This document shows, piece by piece, positions 15,201 to 29,907 of a DNA stretch of 64,000 nt. Position numbers and translations under genes: made by a program. This DNA comes from the human T2T-CHM13v2.0 reference genome, Homo sapiens. The stretch lies in the NCBI RefSeq assembly GCF_009914755.1, contig NC_060947.1. One strand, given 5' to 3'. The notes under the pieces were generated by a model, which was given only the letters and a program-made list of their open reading frames with translations, was not told the origin of the DNA and searched no databases. Numbering within the stretch: the stretch's first letter is position 1; every line of letters begins with the position of its first letter.

Positions 15201-18200
15201 CAAAGAATGCCATTATATTATGATAAAGGAATAAATTCAACAAGAAAATATAACGATCTTAAATATATACTCACCTAACACTGGAGCTCTCAGATTAATT
15301 AAACAAGTACTATTAGACCTACAAAAAGAGAAAAACAGTAACACAATTATAGGTTGAAATCTTTCTAGTGATACAGCATTAGACAAATCACTGAGGCAGG
15401 AAGTCAACAAAGAAAACTGGACTTAAACTGGACACTAGAATAAATGAACTTAACAGACATTTGCAGAACATTCTACCAAAAACTGCAGAATATACATTTT
15501 CATTCATCAGCCCATGGAACCTTTTCCAAGATAGACCATAGGATGAGCCACAAGATAGTCTTAACACATTTAAAAATATTTAACTAAAATTAAGTATCTT
15601 ATGATATGACAGTGGAATAAAACTAGAAATTAATTTCAAGAGTAACCACCAAAACTATGCAAATTAAACAATCAGCTCTTGAGTGATCTTTAGGTAAATG
15701 AAGAAATCAAGATGGAAATTATTATTTTGTAAACGAATAACAAGACTGGCATATCTTCAAAATCTCTGGATAGAGCAAAAGCAGTACTAACAGGAACATT
15801 TATAACACGAAATGCCTAAATCCAAATGACAGAAATATCTCAACTGGACAACCTAACATTACCCCTCAAGGAACTAGAAAAATTAAAATAAAAATAAACC
15901 TAATGGAAGCAGAATAAAATAAATAACAAAGATCAGAGCAGAACTAAAAAAATGAAACAAATAAATAATACAAGGGATCAATGAAATAAAAAATTGATTC
16001 ATTGAAACGATGAATCAAATTGATGGACAACTAGCTAAATCACCCAAGAAAAGAAGAGAGAAGATTCAAGTAAGCTCAAACAGAAATGACAATGTAGACA
16101 TTAGAACTGATACCAAAGAAGTAAAAAGATTTTCCGAAACAACTATAAACATCTTTATGAACACAAACTAGAAAATACAGAAGGAATGATTAAATTCTTG
16201 GCAACATACAGCCACCTAAGCTTAAATCAGAAAGAAATAAAAATCCTGAACATAGAAATAAAAATTAGTGAAATTCATTCAGTAATAAAGTTTCCAACAA
16301 GAAAAAGCCCAGGACCACACACAGATTATCAATCAAATTCTATTAGACATTTAAAGAAGAACTGGGGCCAATCCTACTGAAACTATTCCAAAAGATCAAG
16401 AAAGGGATAATTCTCCCTAACTGATTTTATGAAGCCAATATCACCCTAATACCAAAACCAGGAAAAAAAAAACACAACCAAAAATAAAGTACAAACCAAT
16501 ATCTCTGATGAACATAGATGCAAAAATCCTCAACAAAATACTTGCAGACAGAATCCAACAGCATATCAAAAAGATAATTTATCACAACCAAGTGGATTTC
16601 CTCTCAAGGATAAAGTGATGGTTCAATACACACAAGTTAATAAATGTAATTTATCACATAATCAGAATTAAAAACAAAAATTGTATTACCAGCTCAATAG
16701 ATACAGAAAAAGCATTAGATATAATTCAGTGTGTTTTCATGATAAAAACCTGCAACAACTAGGCATAGAGGAAACAAATCTCAAAATAATAAAAGCCATA
16801 TATGAGAAACTCAAAGCCAATGTCATACTGAATGGGGAAAAGATGAAAGCATTCCCCCTAAGAACTGAACATGATAAGAATGTCTACTTTCACCAATTCT
16901 ATTCAACATACTACTGGAAGTCCTAGCTACAGCAATCAGGCAAAAAAAAAAAAAAAAAAGAAATAAAGGGTAACCAGATTGAAAAAGAGAAAAAGAAGTC
17001 AAACTACCTGTGTTTTCCAATAATATGATCCCATATCTTGAAAACCCAAAAGATTCCCCAAAGGGACTCCTAGATTTGATAAATGAATTCAGTAAAGTTT
17101 CAGGTTACAAAGTCAATGAACAGGAATCACTAGCACTACTATACAACAATGTCCAAGCTGCAAATTAAATAAAGAGCTCAATCCCATTTAAAACAGTAGC
17201 AAAATATATAAAATACTTACAAATATACTTAAAAGATATCTACAAGAATAACTACAAAATATTGATTAAAGAAATAATAAATGACACAAATGAAAAAATA
17301 CACTCCGCTCATGGATTAGAAGAATCAATAATATAAAAAAGACCATGTTGCCCAAAGCAATAGCAACCTACACAATAAATGCAATTCCTATACAAATACC
17401 AATGCCAGTTTTCACAAACTTAGGAAAAACTATTCTGAAATTTGTAAGGAACGAAAAAAAGAGCCCAAAGAGCCAAAACAACCCTAAGCAAAAAGAACAA
17501 ATCTGGAGGCATTACGTTACATGACTTCAAATTATACTACAAGGCTATAATAACCAAAACAGTATGGTACTGGTATTAAAATAGACACATACATCAGTGG
17601 AACAGAATAGAGAACCCAGAAATAAAGCCAAATACTTACAACCAACTGATCTTGTAAAAGTCATCCAAAACATACACTTGAGACAGGACACCCTATTCAA
17701 TAAATGGTGCTGGGAAAATTGTATAGGTATATACAGAAGAATGAAATTAGACCTGTATATCTTGTCATATAAAAATTTATCTCAAGATGGTTTAAAAGCT
17801 TAAATATAGGACCAGAAACCATAAGAATTCTAGAAGTAAATCTAGAAAAACCTCTTCTGGATGCTGGCACTATCAAATAATTTGTGAATAAGTCCTCAAA
17901 TAAAAATTCAACAAAAAATAAACAAATGGGACTTAATTAAACTGAAGTATTTCTGCATAGCTAAAGAACTAATCAACAGAATAAATAGACAATCTATAGA
18001 ATCAAAGAAAATATTCACAAACTATACATCCAACAAAGAACTAATATTTCTACAAGTAACACATCAGCAAGAACAAAATGAATAATAACATTAAAAAGTG
18101 GGCAAATGATATGGGTAGATATTTCTCAAAAGAAGACATACAAAGGGTCAAACATATGAAAAAAATGCTCAACATCAAGAATTATCAGGGAAATGCAAAT

Positions 18201-19150
18201 AAAAACCATCAGGAGATATCACCTTAGCCTAGTCAAAATGGCCATTATTAAAAGTAAAAAATATATATATCATAAATGTTGGTGCAGATGCAGTGTAAAG
18301 GGAATGCTTATACACTGCTGTAGGGAATGTAACTTAGTACCACCTCTACTAAAAAATATGGATTTTTCCAAAGGAACTAAAAGTGGTTACATTATTTGAT
18401 CCACAATCCTAGTACTGAGTATCTACTCAAAAGAAAATAAGTCATTATATCAAAAAAAAAAAAAAACAAACCCTGCACTTCTATGTTTATCACAGCACAA
18501 TTGATGATTGCAAAGCAATAGAATTAACCTAAGTACCCATAAACCAATGAGTGGATTAAAAAATGTGGTTTGTGTATATATATATGCATATGTGTGTGTG
18601 TGTATATATCACATTTATGTATATATATACACACATTACATGTACATTTATTGTTATGTATATATACTCATACACACATCATGGAATATGTGTGTGTATA
18701 CCACATTTATGTATATACACACATATACATTTATATTTATGTACACATTTATGTGTGTTTGTATATATTACACATACACACATTGTTAAATACTATTCAG
18801 CCATAAAAAAGAATGAATTCATGCCTTTTGAAGTGACTTGGATGGAACTGGAGGCTACTATCTATTATCCTAGGGGAAGTAACTAAGGAACGGAAAACTG
18901 AATAACACGCATTTTCATTTATAAGTGAGAGGTAAGCTATGGGTAGGTAAAGGCATACAGAGTGGTATAATGGACATAGGAAACTCAGAAAAGGGGAAGT
19001 TAGGAGGGGTGTGAGGAATTAGAAAATCACCTTTTGGGCAAAATTTATACTATTTGGATAATTGGTATACTAACCGCTCAGTCTTTGCCACTATAAAATT
19101 TATCCATGTAACCAAAAACCACTTGTACGCCTACAGCTATTGAAATAAAA
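12280..19150 (+). mobile_element. Near full-length decayed L1 (L1PB-like)
   Basis: 5'UTR, ORF1 remnants ~13850-14850, ORF2 remnants ~14930-18900, 3' end GTAACCAAAAACCACTTGTAC..AGCTATTGAAATAAAA. Confidence 0.85.
18570..18785. repeat. (TA/TG/CA) low-complexity expansion inside the L1
   Basis: Alternating purine-pyrimidine tract; source of three spurious ORFs. Confidence 0.85.
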
Positions 19151-19850
19151 ATGCCTAAGTTCACAGAGTGTGTTACTTGCAGAACTTAGATTCCAACTCT
19201 GATTGATTTAATTTCAAAGTTCTTCATTTTAACTAATATGGGGCAAGTGTTTGCAAGCTCATTTCTTTGCATGTCTTATAAACCTCCAAACATATTTTAT
19301 TTTTTTCTCTTTTATTTTAGATTCAGGGGTACATGGCAGGTTTATTATATAGGTAAATTGTGTGTCACAGGGGTTTGGAATACAGATAATTTCATCATCC
19401 AGTTAATAAGCATAGTAAATTATAGGTAGTTTCTCAACCCTCTCACTCCTCCTGTTCTTCACCCTCAAGCAGGACCTGGTATGTGTTGTTTCCTTTTTTG
19501 TGTCCATGGGTACTCAATGTTTATCTCCAGTCATAATCCAGAATATGTGGTATTTGGTTTTCTGTTCCTGTGACAGTTTACTTAGGATTATGGCCTCCAG
19601 CTTCATCTATGTTGCTGCAAAAGATATGATCATGTTCTTGTTTATGGCTGCATAGTATTCCATGATGTTTATGTACCACTTTTTCTTTATCCAGTCTACC
19701 ATTGACAGATATTTACGTTGATTCCATTTATTTGCTATTGTAAATAGTGCTGCAATGAACATATACATGCAAGTGTTTTTATGATAGAAAGATTTATATT
19801 CCTTTGGGTATATACCAAATAATGAGGTTGCTAGGTTGAATGGTATTTCT

Positions 19851-20152
19851 TTTTTTTTTTTTTTTTTTGAGACGGAGTCTGCCTCTGTCACCCAGGCTGA
19901 AATGTAGTGGTGTGATCTTGGCTCACTGCAACCTCCGCCTCCTGGGTTCAAGTGGTCCTCCCGCCTTGGTCTCCCAAGTAGCTTGGAATTACCAGTATGC
20001 ACCACCACGCCCAGCTGATTTTTTGTATGTTTAGTAGAGACATGGTTTTACCATGTTGTCCAAGCTGGTCTCAAACTCCTGATCTCAAGTCATCTGCCTG
20101 CCTCAGCCTCCTGAAGTGCTGGAATCACAGGCATGAGCCACTTCACCTGGCT
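19851..20152 (-). mobile_element. Alu (AluS-like) with TSD AATGGTATTTCT
   Basis: Poly-T, dimeric Alu body; TSD at 19839-19850 and 20155-20166. Confidence 0.95.
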
Positions 20153-20379
20153 TTAATGGTATTTCTGTTTTAAGTTCTTTGAGAAATCGCCACACTGCTT
20201 TCCACAATGGCTGAAGTAATTCATACTCCCACCAACATCGTATGTGTTCCCCTTTCTCTGCAACCTCACCAGAATCTATTTTTTGCTTTTTAAATAATAG
20301 CCATTCTGACTGGTGTGAGATGGTATATGATTGTGGTTTTGATTTGCTTTTCTCTAATGATTAGTAATGTTGAGCATGA

Positions 20380-20421
20380 TTTTATATTCTTGTTGGCTGC
20401 TTTTTATATTCTTGTTGGCTG
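20380..20421. repeat. Short tandem duplication TTTTATATTCTTGTTGGCTG x2
   Basis: Direct repeat visible in the sequence. Confidence 0.85.
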
Positions 20422-20717
20422 TGTGTATGTCTTCCATTGAAAAATCTCTGTTCATGTTCTTTGCAACACTTTTTAATGGGGTTCTTTGGTTTTTGCTTGT
20501 TCATTTGTCTAAGTTCCTTACAGATCCTGGGTATTAGACCTTTATGAAATGTACAGTTTGCAAATATTTCCTCCCATTTTATAGGTGGTTTGTTTATTGA
20601 TAGTTTCTTTGTGCTGTGTAGAAGTTCTTTTGTTTAATTGCCATTTGTCAATTTTTGTTGTTGGCATCTTCTTCATAAAATCTTTGCAGGGCCTATGTCT
20701 AGAATTATGTTTCCTAG

Positions 20718-21033
<316 letters not shown>

Positions 21034-21408
21034 TATTTCAAGAGTTTTAAATAGGGTAGGCTTTTACATTTTAATCTTTAATCCCTCGAGTTGATTTTTG
21101 TATATAAGAAAAGGATTCAACTTCAATATTCTGCATATGCCTGTCATTTATCCCAGCACTATTTATTGAACAGAGTCCTTACCACATTGCTTGTTTTGTA
21201 AACTTTGTTGAACATCAGGTGGGTGTAGGTGTGTGGCTATATTTTGGCTTTCTATTCTGTTCCATTGGTCAGTGTGTCTGTTTTTGTCCCAGTACCATGC
21301 TGTCTTAGTTACTGAAGCCTTGTAGTATAGTTTGAAGTTGGGTAATGTGAGGCCTCCTGTTTCATTCCTTTTGTTTAAAATTGCCCTGGATATTCGAGCT
21401 CATTTTGG

Positions 21409-21647
21409 TTGGCTCACTGTAACTTCTACCTCCCAGGCTCAAGTAATTCTCATTCCTCAGCCGCCCAAGTAGCTGGGGTTATAACACACCCAGTTGTTCA
21501 CTTATTTATATATATTTTTGTATTTTTAGTAGAGATGAGGTTTCGCCATGTTGGCCAGGCTGGTGTTGAACTCCTGGCTCCAAGTGATCTGCCTGCCTTG
21601 GCATCCCAAAGTGCTGGGATTACAGGCATGAGCCACTGTGCCCCACC
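21409..21647 (-). mobile_element. Alu (older AluJ/S-like) lacking its 3' end, A-tail and TSD
   Basis: Begins at TTGGCTCACTG; host L1 reads TTTTGGTT|CATATGAATTTT across it. Confidence 0.85.
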
Positions 21648-24600
21648 ACATATGAATTTTAAAATAGTGTTTTTTAAAAAAAAAATCTGTGAAGAATGTT
21701 ATTTATAGTTTGATGGGAATAGCATTGAATCTATAAATGGCTTTGGAGAATATGGCCATTTTGTCAATACTGATTCATTCTATACATGAGCCTGGAATAT
21801 TTTTCCAGTTCTTTGTGTCATCTCTGAATTCTTTGAGCAATGTTTTGTAATTCTGATTGTACAGATCTTTCAGCTGCCTTGTTAGCTGTATTCCTATGTA
21901 TTTTATTATTTTTGTGGCAGTTGTATATTGGATTGCATTCTTGATTTTGCTTTCAGCTTGGATGTTGTTAGTGTATAGAAATGCTACTAATTTTTGTTCA
22001 TCAATCTTGTATCCTGAACTGTGTTAAGACTGTTTATCAGATACAGGAGCTTTTGGGCACGGACTATGAAGTTTTCTAGGTATAGAATCACATTGTCTAC
22101 AAGCAGAGATAGTTTAACTTCCTCTCTTCCTATTTAGATGTATGTTATTTATTTTGCTTTTCTAATTGTTCTGGCTAGGACTTCCAGCACTATGTTTTAT
22201 AAAAAAGGTGCAGGTGGGCATCCTTTTCTTGTTCTGGTTCTCCTGGGGAAGGCATGCAGCTTATGCCCATTCAGTATGATGTTGGCTGTAAGCTTATCAT
22301 AGATGGCTCTTATCATTTTTAAGTCTATTTCTCCATGCCTAGTTTGCTGAGGGTTAACATGAAGTGATACTGAATTTTATCAAAAGCCTTTTCTGAATTT
22401 ATTGAGATGATTATATGGTTTTGTTTATAGTTCTATTTTTGTGGTGAATCACATTTATTAATTTGTGTATTCTAAATCAATCTTGCATCCCAGGGATAAA
22501 GCCTACTTGATCTTGGTGGATTAACTTTCTGGTGTACTGCTGGATTCGGTTTGCTAATATTTTGTTGAGGATTTTGGCTTCTGGCATCTATGCTCATCAA
22601 GGTTATTGGCCTGATGTTTTCTTTTTTTGTTGTCTTCATGCCAGCTTTTGTTATCAGGATAACACTGGCTTCATAGAATGAGTTAGTCAGGGATCCCTCC
22701 TTGTTGATTTTTTGGATAGTTTGAGTAGCAATGGTACCAGTGCTTCATTATAAATCTGATGAAATTTGGCTGTGAATCCATCTGGTCCTGGCTTTTTTTC
22801 TTGTTGGCAGGCTTTTTATTACTGATTCAATTTTGGAACTCAATATTGATCTGCTCAGGGATTTAGTTTCTTTCTCCTTCACTCTTGGGAGATGGTTTGT
22901 TTCTGGGAATTCATCCATTTCTTCTGGGTTTTTTAATTTGTGCACATAGAGGTGTTCATAGCAGTCTCTGAGACTTTTTTGTGTTGCTATGGGGCCAATG
23001 ATAATGTCTCCATTGTCATTTGTGATTGTGTTTCTTTGGATCTTCTTTATTTTTTATTCTTTATTAGTTCATATAGTAGTCTATGAATCTTATTCTTGCA
23101 TTCAATAAACCAATTCTTCAATTCCTTGATGTTTTGTATACTTTTTTGTGTCTCTGTTTTCTTCAGTTCAGCTCTCATTTTGGTAATTTCTTGTTGTCTG
23201 CTAGCTTTGGGATTGGTTTGCTCTTGTTTCTCTAGGTGGAATGCGAGGTTGTAAATTTGCGATCTTTCTAACTTTTTGATGTAGGTGTTTAGTGCTATAA
23301 ACTTTACTCAACACTGTTTTAGCTATGTCTTGGAGATTATGATATGTTTTATCTTTGTTCTCATTGTTTTCAAATAATTTATTGATTTCTACCTTAATTT
23401 CATTGTTTACCCAAAAGTCATGCAGGAGCAGGTTGTTTAATTTCCATGTCATTGTATGGGTTTGAGTAATTTTTTGGTGTTTATTTCTATTTTTATAGTG
23501 CTGTGATCCAAGAGTGTGTTCAAACATATTTTAAATAATCAACATCTAATTATTAGTTAAGCGTAACTATTAAAGAACAAATGATGTTACTCTGATTTGA
23601 AAACTAATCACAAGGTTTCTTTGCATACACTTTACCGCAGAGAAACTAGTGGAGATGTACAAAATGACTTGTGCAAATGTAAGCATGAATTTTTTTTTCA
23701 GTCAAAGGAGTACTGGAATGTGAACTCAAAAAAAGAGATGCATGCACTATTTTTTGGTGCATTCAAATATTTTATTGTAAATGAGTTCTGCAGATGATAT
23801 AATTCACATAGCTAGTATTATCTTAAGTTCAATAGGGTGTTGAAGGGTCAAACTCACCTAATTGTTAATGTTAAATTTTTACAGGGAGTCACTATTTCTA
23901 CACATTTGGGGAAAATAAAGTTCTCTTGAAAAATTAGGATTAATTTAGATGTTGGCTTTAAAATATACCACTTGTGATAGTATTGCATAGATTTTTAAAT
24001 TTGGTTGACATGTTTTAAGTTTTCCCTTTCCCACAAAGTAAACTTTGGTTTGAATAGAGGTGCTCAATATAAAAACACTGCTTTTTAAATTATTCAACAC
24101 TTGTTATAATTATCTATGTTAACTTCAATGTGTAGACAATGCAATATTCTTACATTTTCATTGCAAATTGAAGCTTTCGCAATAATGCCTATTAATTAAT
24201 CTAAATTGGCCACCTTGAAATAATTTCAAGTTTCAGTGTGATAATTTTTTATATGTGAAAATAAAACTTGGTGTCTTTTTTACAGCTAATTATTATAAAG
24301 ACAATTTTAGCAATTTTCTTCACAAAGGAATGTAGAATCAGTTAAACTTTGGGGTGCTAATTGAATTAACAAATTTTCAATGCCACAAGGAAGCACAGAT
24401 AAAGTTACAAACGACACTGATTATTTCCAAACTTCAATTTCTGCCTGTTGTCATTATTATGCATAGGTCTCTAGGCTCTCTTAAGGTAATGCATGACTTA
24501 TTTAAAAGTAAATTTCCAGTGATGTCAGTAAAAATGGGAGAGTATAAAACTACCAAAGCCCATTGTTCCACAAAAGCAGATATTTATATGGCATAAATTG

Positions 24601-24901
24601 ACACAATCACATTTAGAAGAGCTCTGGGAACTAATCAGAAATTCACAGCAACAAAGTAAATATTTTTAAAAATATGTATCTCATTAAGAAATTTTGTAAG
24701 TGTTTTACCGACCCTAAACCCACCCCATACTTCTCAGGTTGACAGTGGCCTTAAAGAATATTGCCCACATCTGGTTATAAATTCCTAGTGATGGAGAAAG
24801 ACAATAAATCATATACTCCAAGAATTATAGTTTTTAAATTTTTTTTTATTTATTTTTTACCTATTTGGTGACACCCTGAAGTATCAGCTCAAAGGGCTTC
24901 C

Positions 24902-25203
24902 TTTTTTTTTTTTTTTTTTCTTTTTGACAGAGTTTTGCTCTTGTTGCCCAGGCTAGAGTGCAATTAGCACGATTTCGGTTCACTGCAACGTCTGCCTCCC
25001 GGGTTCAAGCGATCTCCTGTCTCAGCCTCCAGAGTAGCTGGGATTACAGGCGTGTGCCACCATGGCCGGCTAATATTTTGTATTTTTTGTAGAGACAGGG
25101 TTTCACCATGTTATGCTGGTCTTGAACTCCTGATCTCAGGTGATCCAACCGCCTTGGCCTTCCAAAGTGCTGGGATTTCAGGCATGAGCCACCACACCCG
25201 GCC
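24902..25203 (-). mobile_element. AluS-like with TSD AGGGCTTCC
   Basis: Poly-T, Alu body; TSD at 24893-24901 and 25204-25212. Confidence 0.95.
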
Positions 25204-25516
25204 AGGGCTTCCCTTTATTTCACCTAGCTCAGTACTCTAGCAGGGCTGAAGTGGTTACCCTTGGGGAATATTGTGGAAAACATTTAAAAGTAGGTGCATT
25301 ATTTGTTGCCACATAGGGCAATGGATAGTAGTGGGGTAAATGATAGACAAACTAAAATGACTGAGAATAAAAGCTGGTTACTGAGACATATTGGGAGTAA
25401 AGGCTTTAAAAAGCTGCCACATATTTCTGGGAATCTAAGATGTCATGTGCGTGCCCAGGACTGGCATGTATTCAGAAGTTACGTGAGAAGTCCCTAAACT
25501 TTCGCCTTTGGCTGAC

Positions 25517-25598
25517 CTTTGGGAGACTCACAGGCAAAAAAATGAAGGCAAAGTTAGCTTTGGGAGACTCACAGGCAAGAAATGAAGGAAAAGTAGAG
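25517..25598. repeat. ~41-bp tandem duplication CTTTGGGAGACTCACAGGCAA..ATGAAGG
   Basis: Two adjacent near-identical copies. Confidence 0.85.
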
Positions 25599-26235
25599 TT
25601 TTAAACTGCCAGGCCAAGTGTTGAAGGCATAAACCAACACAAATGCAGAGTCAATCTGCACAACTGGGAGGTTTTTGTTATCGTTTTTTCAGATATTTAA
25701 GGAAATATCTGTTGAGTCACTAGCTCATTGCTAAGCTAATGTTAAACAGGTTTTTGTGGTCACGCACAACAAAGAATATGTACTTTACAAAATTAGTTCA
25801 GACAAGTCAATAAAGAAAAAACAATTGCAATAAGCAATAACAACAAACTTTGGAGCTAGAACAATCTAATTTCCAGAGTTGCCATATTATAATGTACCAA
25901 ATGTCCAGTTTACCAGAAAAAAATATAAACCAGGCAAAAAATAGAAAATATTGCTCTTACACAGCAAAAAACAAAACAAAACAAAACAAAACATAAAAAC
26001 TACTAAAATCTGTGCCTGCAAAAGCCCTGACACTGGATTTCTAAACAAAATTTTAAATCAACCATTTAGAATATGATCAATGAATAAACAGAAACTATAT
26101 ACAAAGAAATAAAGGAATGTATGAGAATCTCTAACCAAATTGAGAAGATTAGTAAGGAGACAGATATAACCAAAATGAACCAAATAAAAAATTCTGAGTT
26201 AAAAAGTGCAATAATTGAAATGAAATAATTACTAG

Positions 26236-26553
<318 letters not shown>

Positions 26554-27117
26554 TCAACAGCAGTTTTAAGCACGCCAAATAAAGGATGAAGGATCTTGAA
26601 AACAATTAATTGAGATTATTTAGGCTGAGAAACAAAGATTTTTTAAAAAATTTAAAATACACAGGATACAACACATTTATGAATGTGTGCATGATGTAGT
26701 TCCAGAAGTAATACAGAGATAGAAAAGACATAAATATAATTTGAAGAAACAGCTCTCAAAATAGTCCCAAATTAAGTTATAGACATAATTCTAAATATCA
26801 AGAAACTCAATAAACCCTAAGTAGAATATTCTCAAAGAGATATACTTTGAGAAACATATAAAACTCTCAAAAAACAAAAACAAGAAGATAATTTTTAAAG
26901 CAGCAAGACAGAAGCAGCTTGCCACTTACAAGAGAATCTCAATAAAATTAATAGCTGATTTCTCATCAGAAACCATGGAGCTCAGAAGACAGTGGCAACA
27001 TATGTCAAGTGTTCAAAGAAAAAAATCTGTCAATCAACAATTTTATATTTGTTAAAATTATCCTTCAAAAATTAAAGAGAATTTAAATCACTTTTACATG
27101 AACTAAATCTGAGAGAA

Positions 27118-27538
27118 TGTTATGGACTGAATGTTTGTGTCCTCCCTAAATTAAATTATATGTAAATTCTCATTGTGCCTATATTTGAAGGTAGGTTAAC
27201 TAAAGAGGTAATTAAAATTAAATGAGGTCATAAAAGCAGAGCCCTGATCTTATAGGATAAATGGGTTTGTGAGAAGAGACACCAGAGAGCAGTTTCTCTC
27301 TCTCTCTCTGTCTCTCCCTCTCTTTCCCCCATCTCCATAAATGCACAAAATAAACTTCATGTGATAGTAAAGTGGTCGTCTGCAAGCAAAGCAGAGAGCC
27401 CTTACCAGAAACAAATTCCTGTGCAAAAATTGATATTGTATTTTTCAGCCTCTGGTGTTGTGAAAAAAAAAAATGAATTTCTATTGTTGTACCTAGTCTA
27501 TGTTAGTCTGTTACAGTAGCCTAAGCAGGCTAGTGTAA
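27118..27538 (+). mobile_element. MLT1-type MaLR solo LTR
   Basis: TGTTATGGACTGAATGTTTGTGTCCTCCC...GTTACAGTAGCCTAAGCAGGCTAG. Confidence 0.8.
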
Positions 27539-29022
27539 TTTATCACTCATAAACCTTTCATACAGGAAAAAATAATGGGATTGCTTTATCTTGATGACCA
27601 CAAAATATATAAATATGTAAGTTGTGACAAGAACAGTAGAGAAGCAGAGCTATATAGGAACATGGATTTTGTATACTATTAAAGCTAAGTTTGTAGTAAT
27701 TAAAACTACATTGTTAGCAGTTTAAGATATACATAGCAATCCTCAAAGAAAGCCCCTGGAAAAATTATGCAAAAAATATGCAGAATAAAAGTTAAGAAAG
27801 AAATCTAACAGGTGCATGCATACACAAATGAATAAAACATAAAAAAATAGTAATGAAGAAAATAAACAAAAATGACATAAGATGTATAGATAAATAATAG
27901 CAAACTTGCATATCAATATTTTTTTATAATTTTTAAAAAAGTAAATGAATTAAACTCTTCAATTAGAAGGCACATATTTGCATAAAGGATAAAAAGAATT
28001 AATCAACTATCAGAGGTCAGTAAGAGACACACTTAAGAACCCAAACCATAAATCGATTACATGTAAAAGAATGGAAAAATATATTCCATACAAACTTAAG
28101 CCAATGAGAGCTGAAGTGGCTACACTAATAGCAAATATAAAAAACTTTAAAGCAAAAATTCTTACAAGACAATAAATGCATTACATAATGATAAAGAATT
28201 CCATTAATCACAAAGTATTTTAATTATAAATATATACACAACAACAGAGTCAAAATATATGAAGTATAATCATTAGATTGAGAGGAAAAGTACATTGTTC
28301 TAAAATAATAGCAGAATATTTCAAAATCTACATTTAATAATGGAAAAAATATAGAAAATGTAAACAAGGAAATAGAAGACTTGAAAAAAACTATAAACAT
28401 ATCAGACCTAAAAGATACACAGAGAACAACCTAGCCCATATTACAAAGTAGGTTTTATTCCCAAATGTGCAAAAAATTCTCATGGATAGACAATATTTTA
28501 TATGTGATAAAACATGTCTCAATAGATTTTACATAACTGAAATCTTAAAAAGAACTTTACCTTACCCCAAAAAAAGAATGAAATTGAAAATCAGTAACTG
28601 AAGGAAATCTGGAAAGTTCACAAATTAAAGAAAAAACCTCTCTTAAAAGATTATTTTAAAAAATTACAAGAAAATTAGCAAAGTAATTTAGATAAATAAA
28701 AAAAGTATGAGATGAAGTAAAAACAGTACTTAAAGTAAAATATACAGCCATAAATGCTATTTTAAAAAAAGAGAAGAATCTCAAATCAATACCTTTACAC
28801 CACCTTAAGTAACTAGAAAAAGAAGAGAAAACAAATTGAAAAACAGCCACAAGGAATAAAATAATAAAGACTATAATAGGATGAATGAAATAGAGAATAT
28901 AAAAGCAATAGAGGGGATCAACAAACCCAAAAGTTGTTTTTTAAAAAGATTAATAATTAAGTTATTAAAATGTATGTAGACTGACCATGATTAAAAGAGA
29001 GAAGATTTATATTAATAACTTC

Positions 29023-29907
29023 AGAGGAGAGGAGCAGAGCAAGACCATAGAGGACTCTCCAGAAATTCTCACCTGCAGAAACATCAGTTTGAACAACTAC
29101 CCGTTACTGAAAACTTTTCACAAGAGCTTTGAGACGGAGTCTCGCTCTGTCACCCAGGCTGTAGTGCAGTGGCGCGATCTCGCCTCACTCTGCAAGCTCC
29201 GCCTCCTGGGTTCACGCCATTCTCCTGCCTCAGCCTCCCCAGCAGCTGGGACTACAGGCACACGCCACCATGCCTGGCTAATTTTTTGTATTTTTAGTAG
29301 AGACGGGGTTTCACCGTGTTAGCTAGGATGGTCTCGATCTCCTGACCTTGTGATCCGCCCACCTCGGCCTCCCAAAGTGCTGGGATTGCAGGCGTGAGCC
29401 ACCGCGCCCGGCCGGAACAGGATGACACTTTACAGTGTCCAGATGCAGTACAGAAAAATAAAAAGATGCACTGAGGGGGAGGATAAAAAGGGCAGTTTGA
29501 CATTACTCACATCACCCCTCCCCCAACCTTAAGGAGCACAGTGTTGAGAGAGATACCTTCCACTTGGGGTAAGGAGAAAGAAGCCAGCACTAGACATTGC
29601 CTTAGCCTGTAACACTAGGTTAACCACAGTAAAACCTAGCACCAAGTAAGTCACCATAAACCCAGACTCCAGGCTGGTATCTACAGTACTGAGTCACGAA
29701 TATTCTCCAGTGCCAGGCCATACCCCACAGCCCCAGAGTTCAGGCATGCACACCAGAATTGATCTCTGGTTTGCACCACCACCAGACAGACTTTAGCAAC
29801 CTCAGGCTCCCTCAGCCCTCAGTGGCAGGGTGACCACAGAGGTCCTGGGTTCCAGAACTGACCCACTGCCAGGGAGGATTAAGTGGCCCTAGGCTTTAGG
29901 CCTACTC
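29023..29907 (+). mobile_element. L1 (L1MA/L1PB-type) 5'-end/5'UTR fragment
   Basis: GAGGAGCAGAGCAAGA..ATAGAGGACTCTCCAG..CACCTGCAGAAACATCAGTTTGAACAAC resembles an L1 5' terminus; GC-richer UTR-like sequence follows. Confidence 0.6.
29128..29413 (-). mobile_element. AluY-like with only a 3-nt tail and no visible TSD
   Basis: CAAGAGC-TTT-GAGACGGAGTCTCG...CGCGCCCGGCC-GGAACAGG. Confidence 0.92.

Noticed and set aside
18508-18886. Three overlapping Tyr/Ile/Cys/His-rich ORFs
   Set aside because: Artefact of a TA/TG/CA low-complexity tract.
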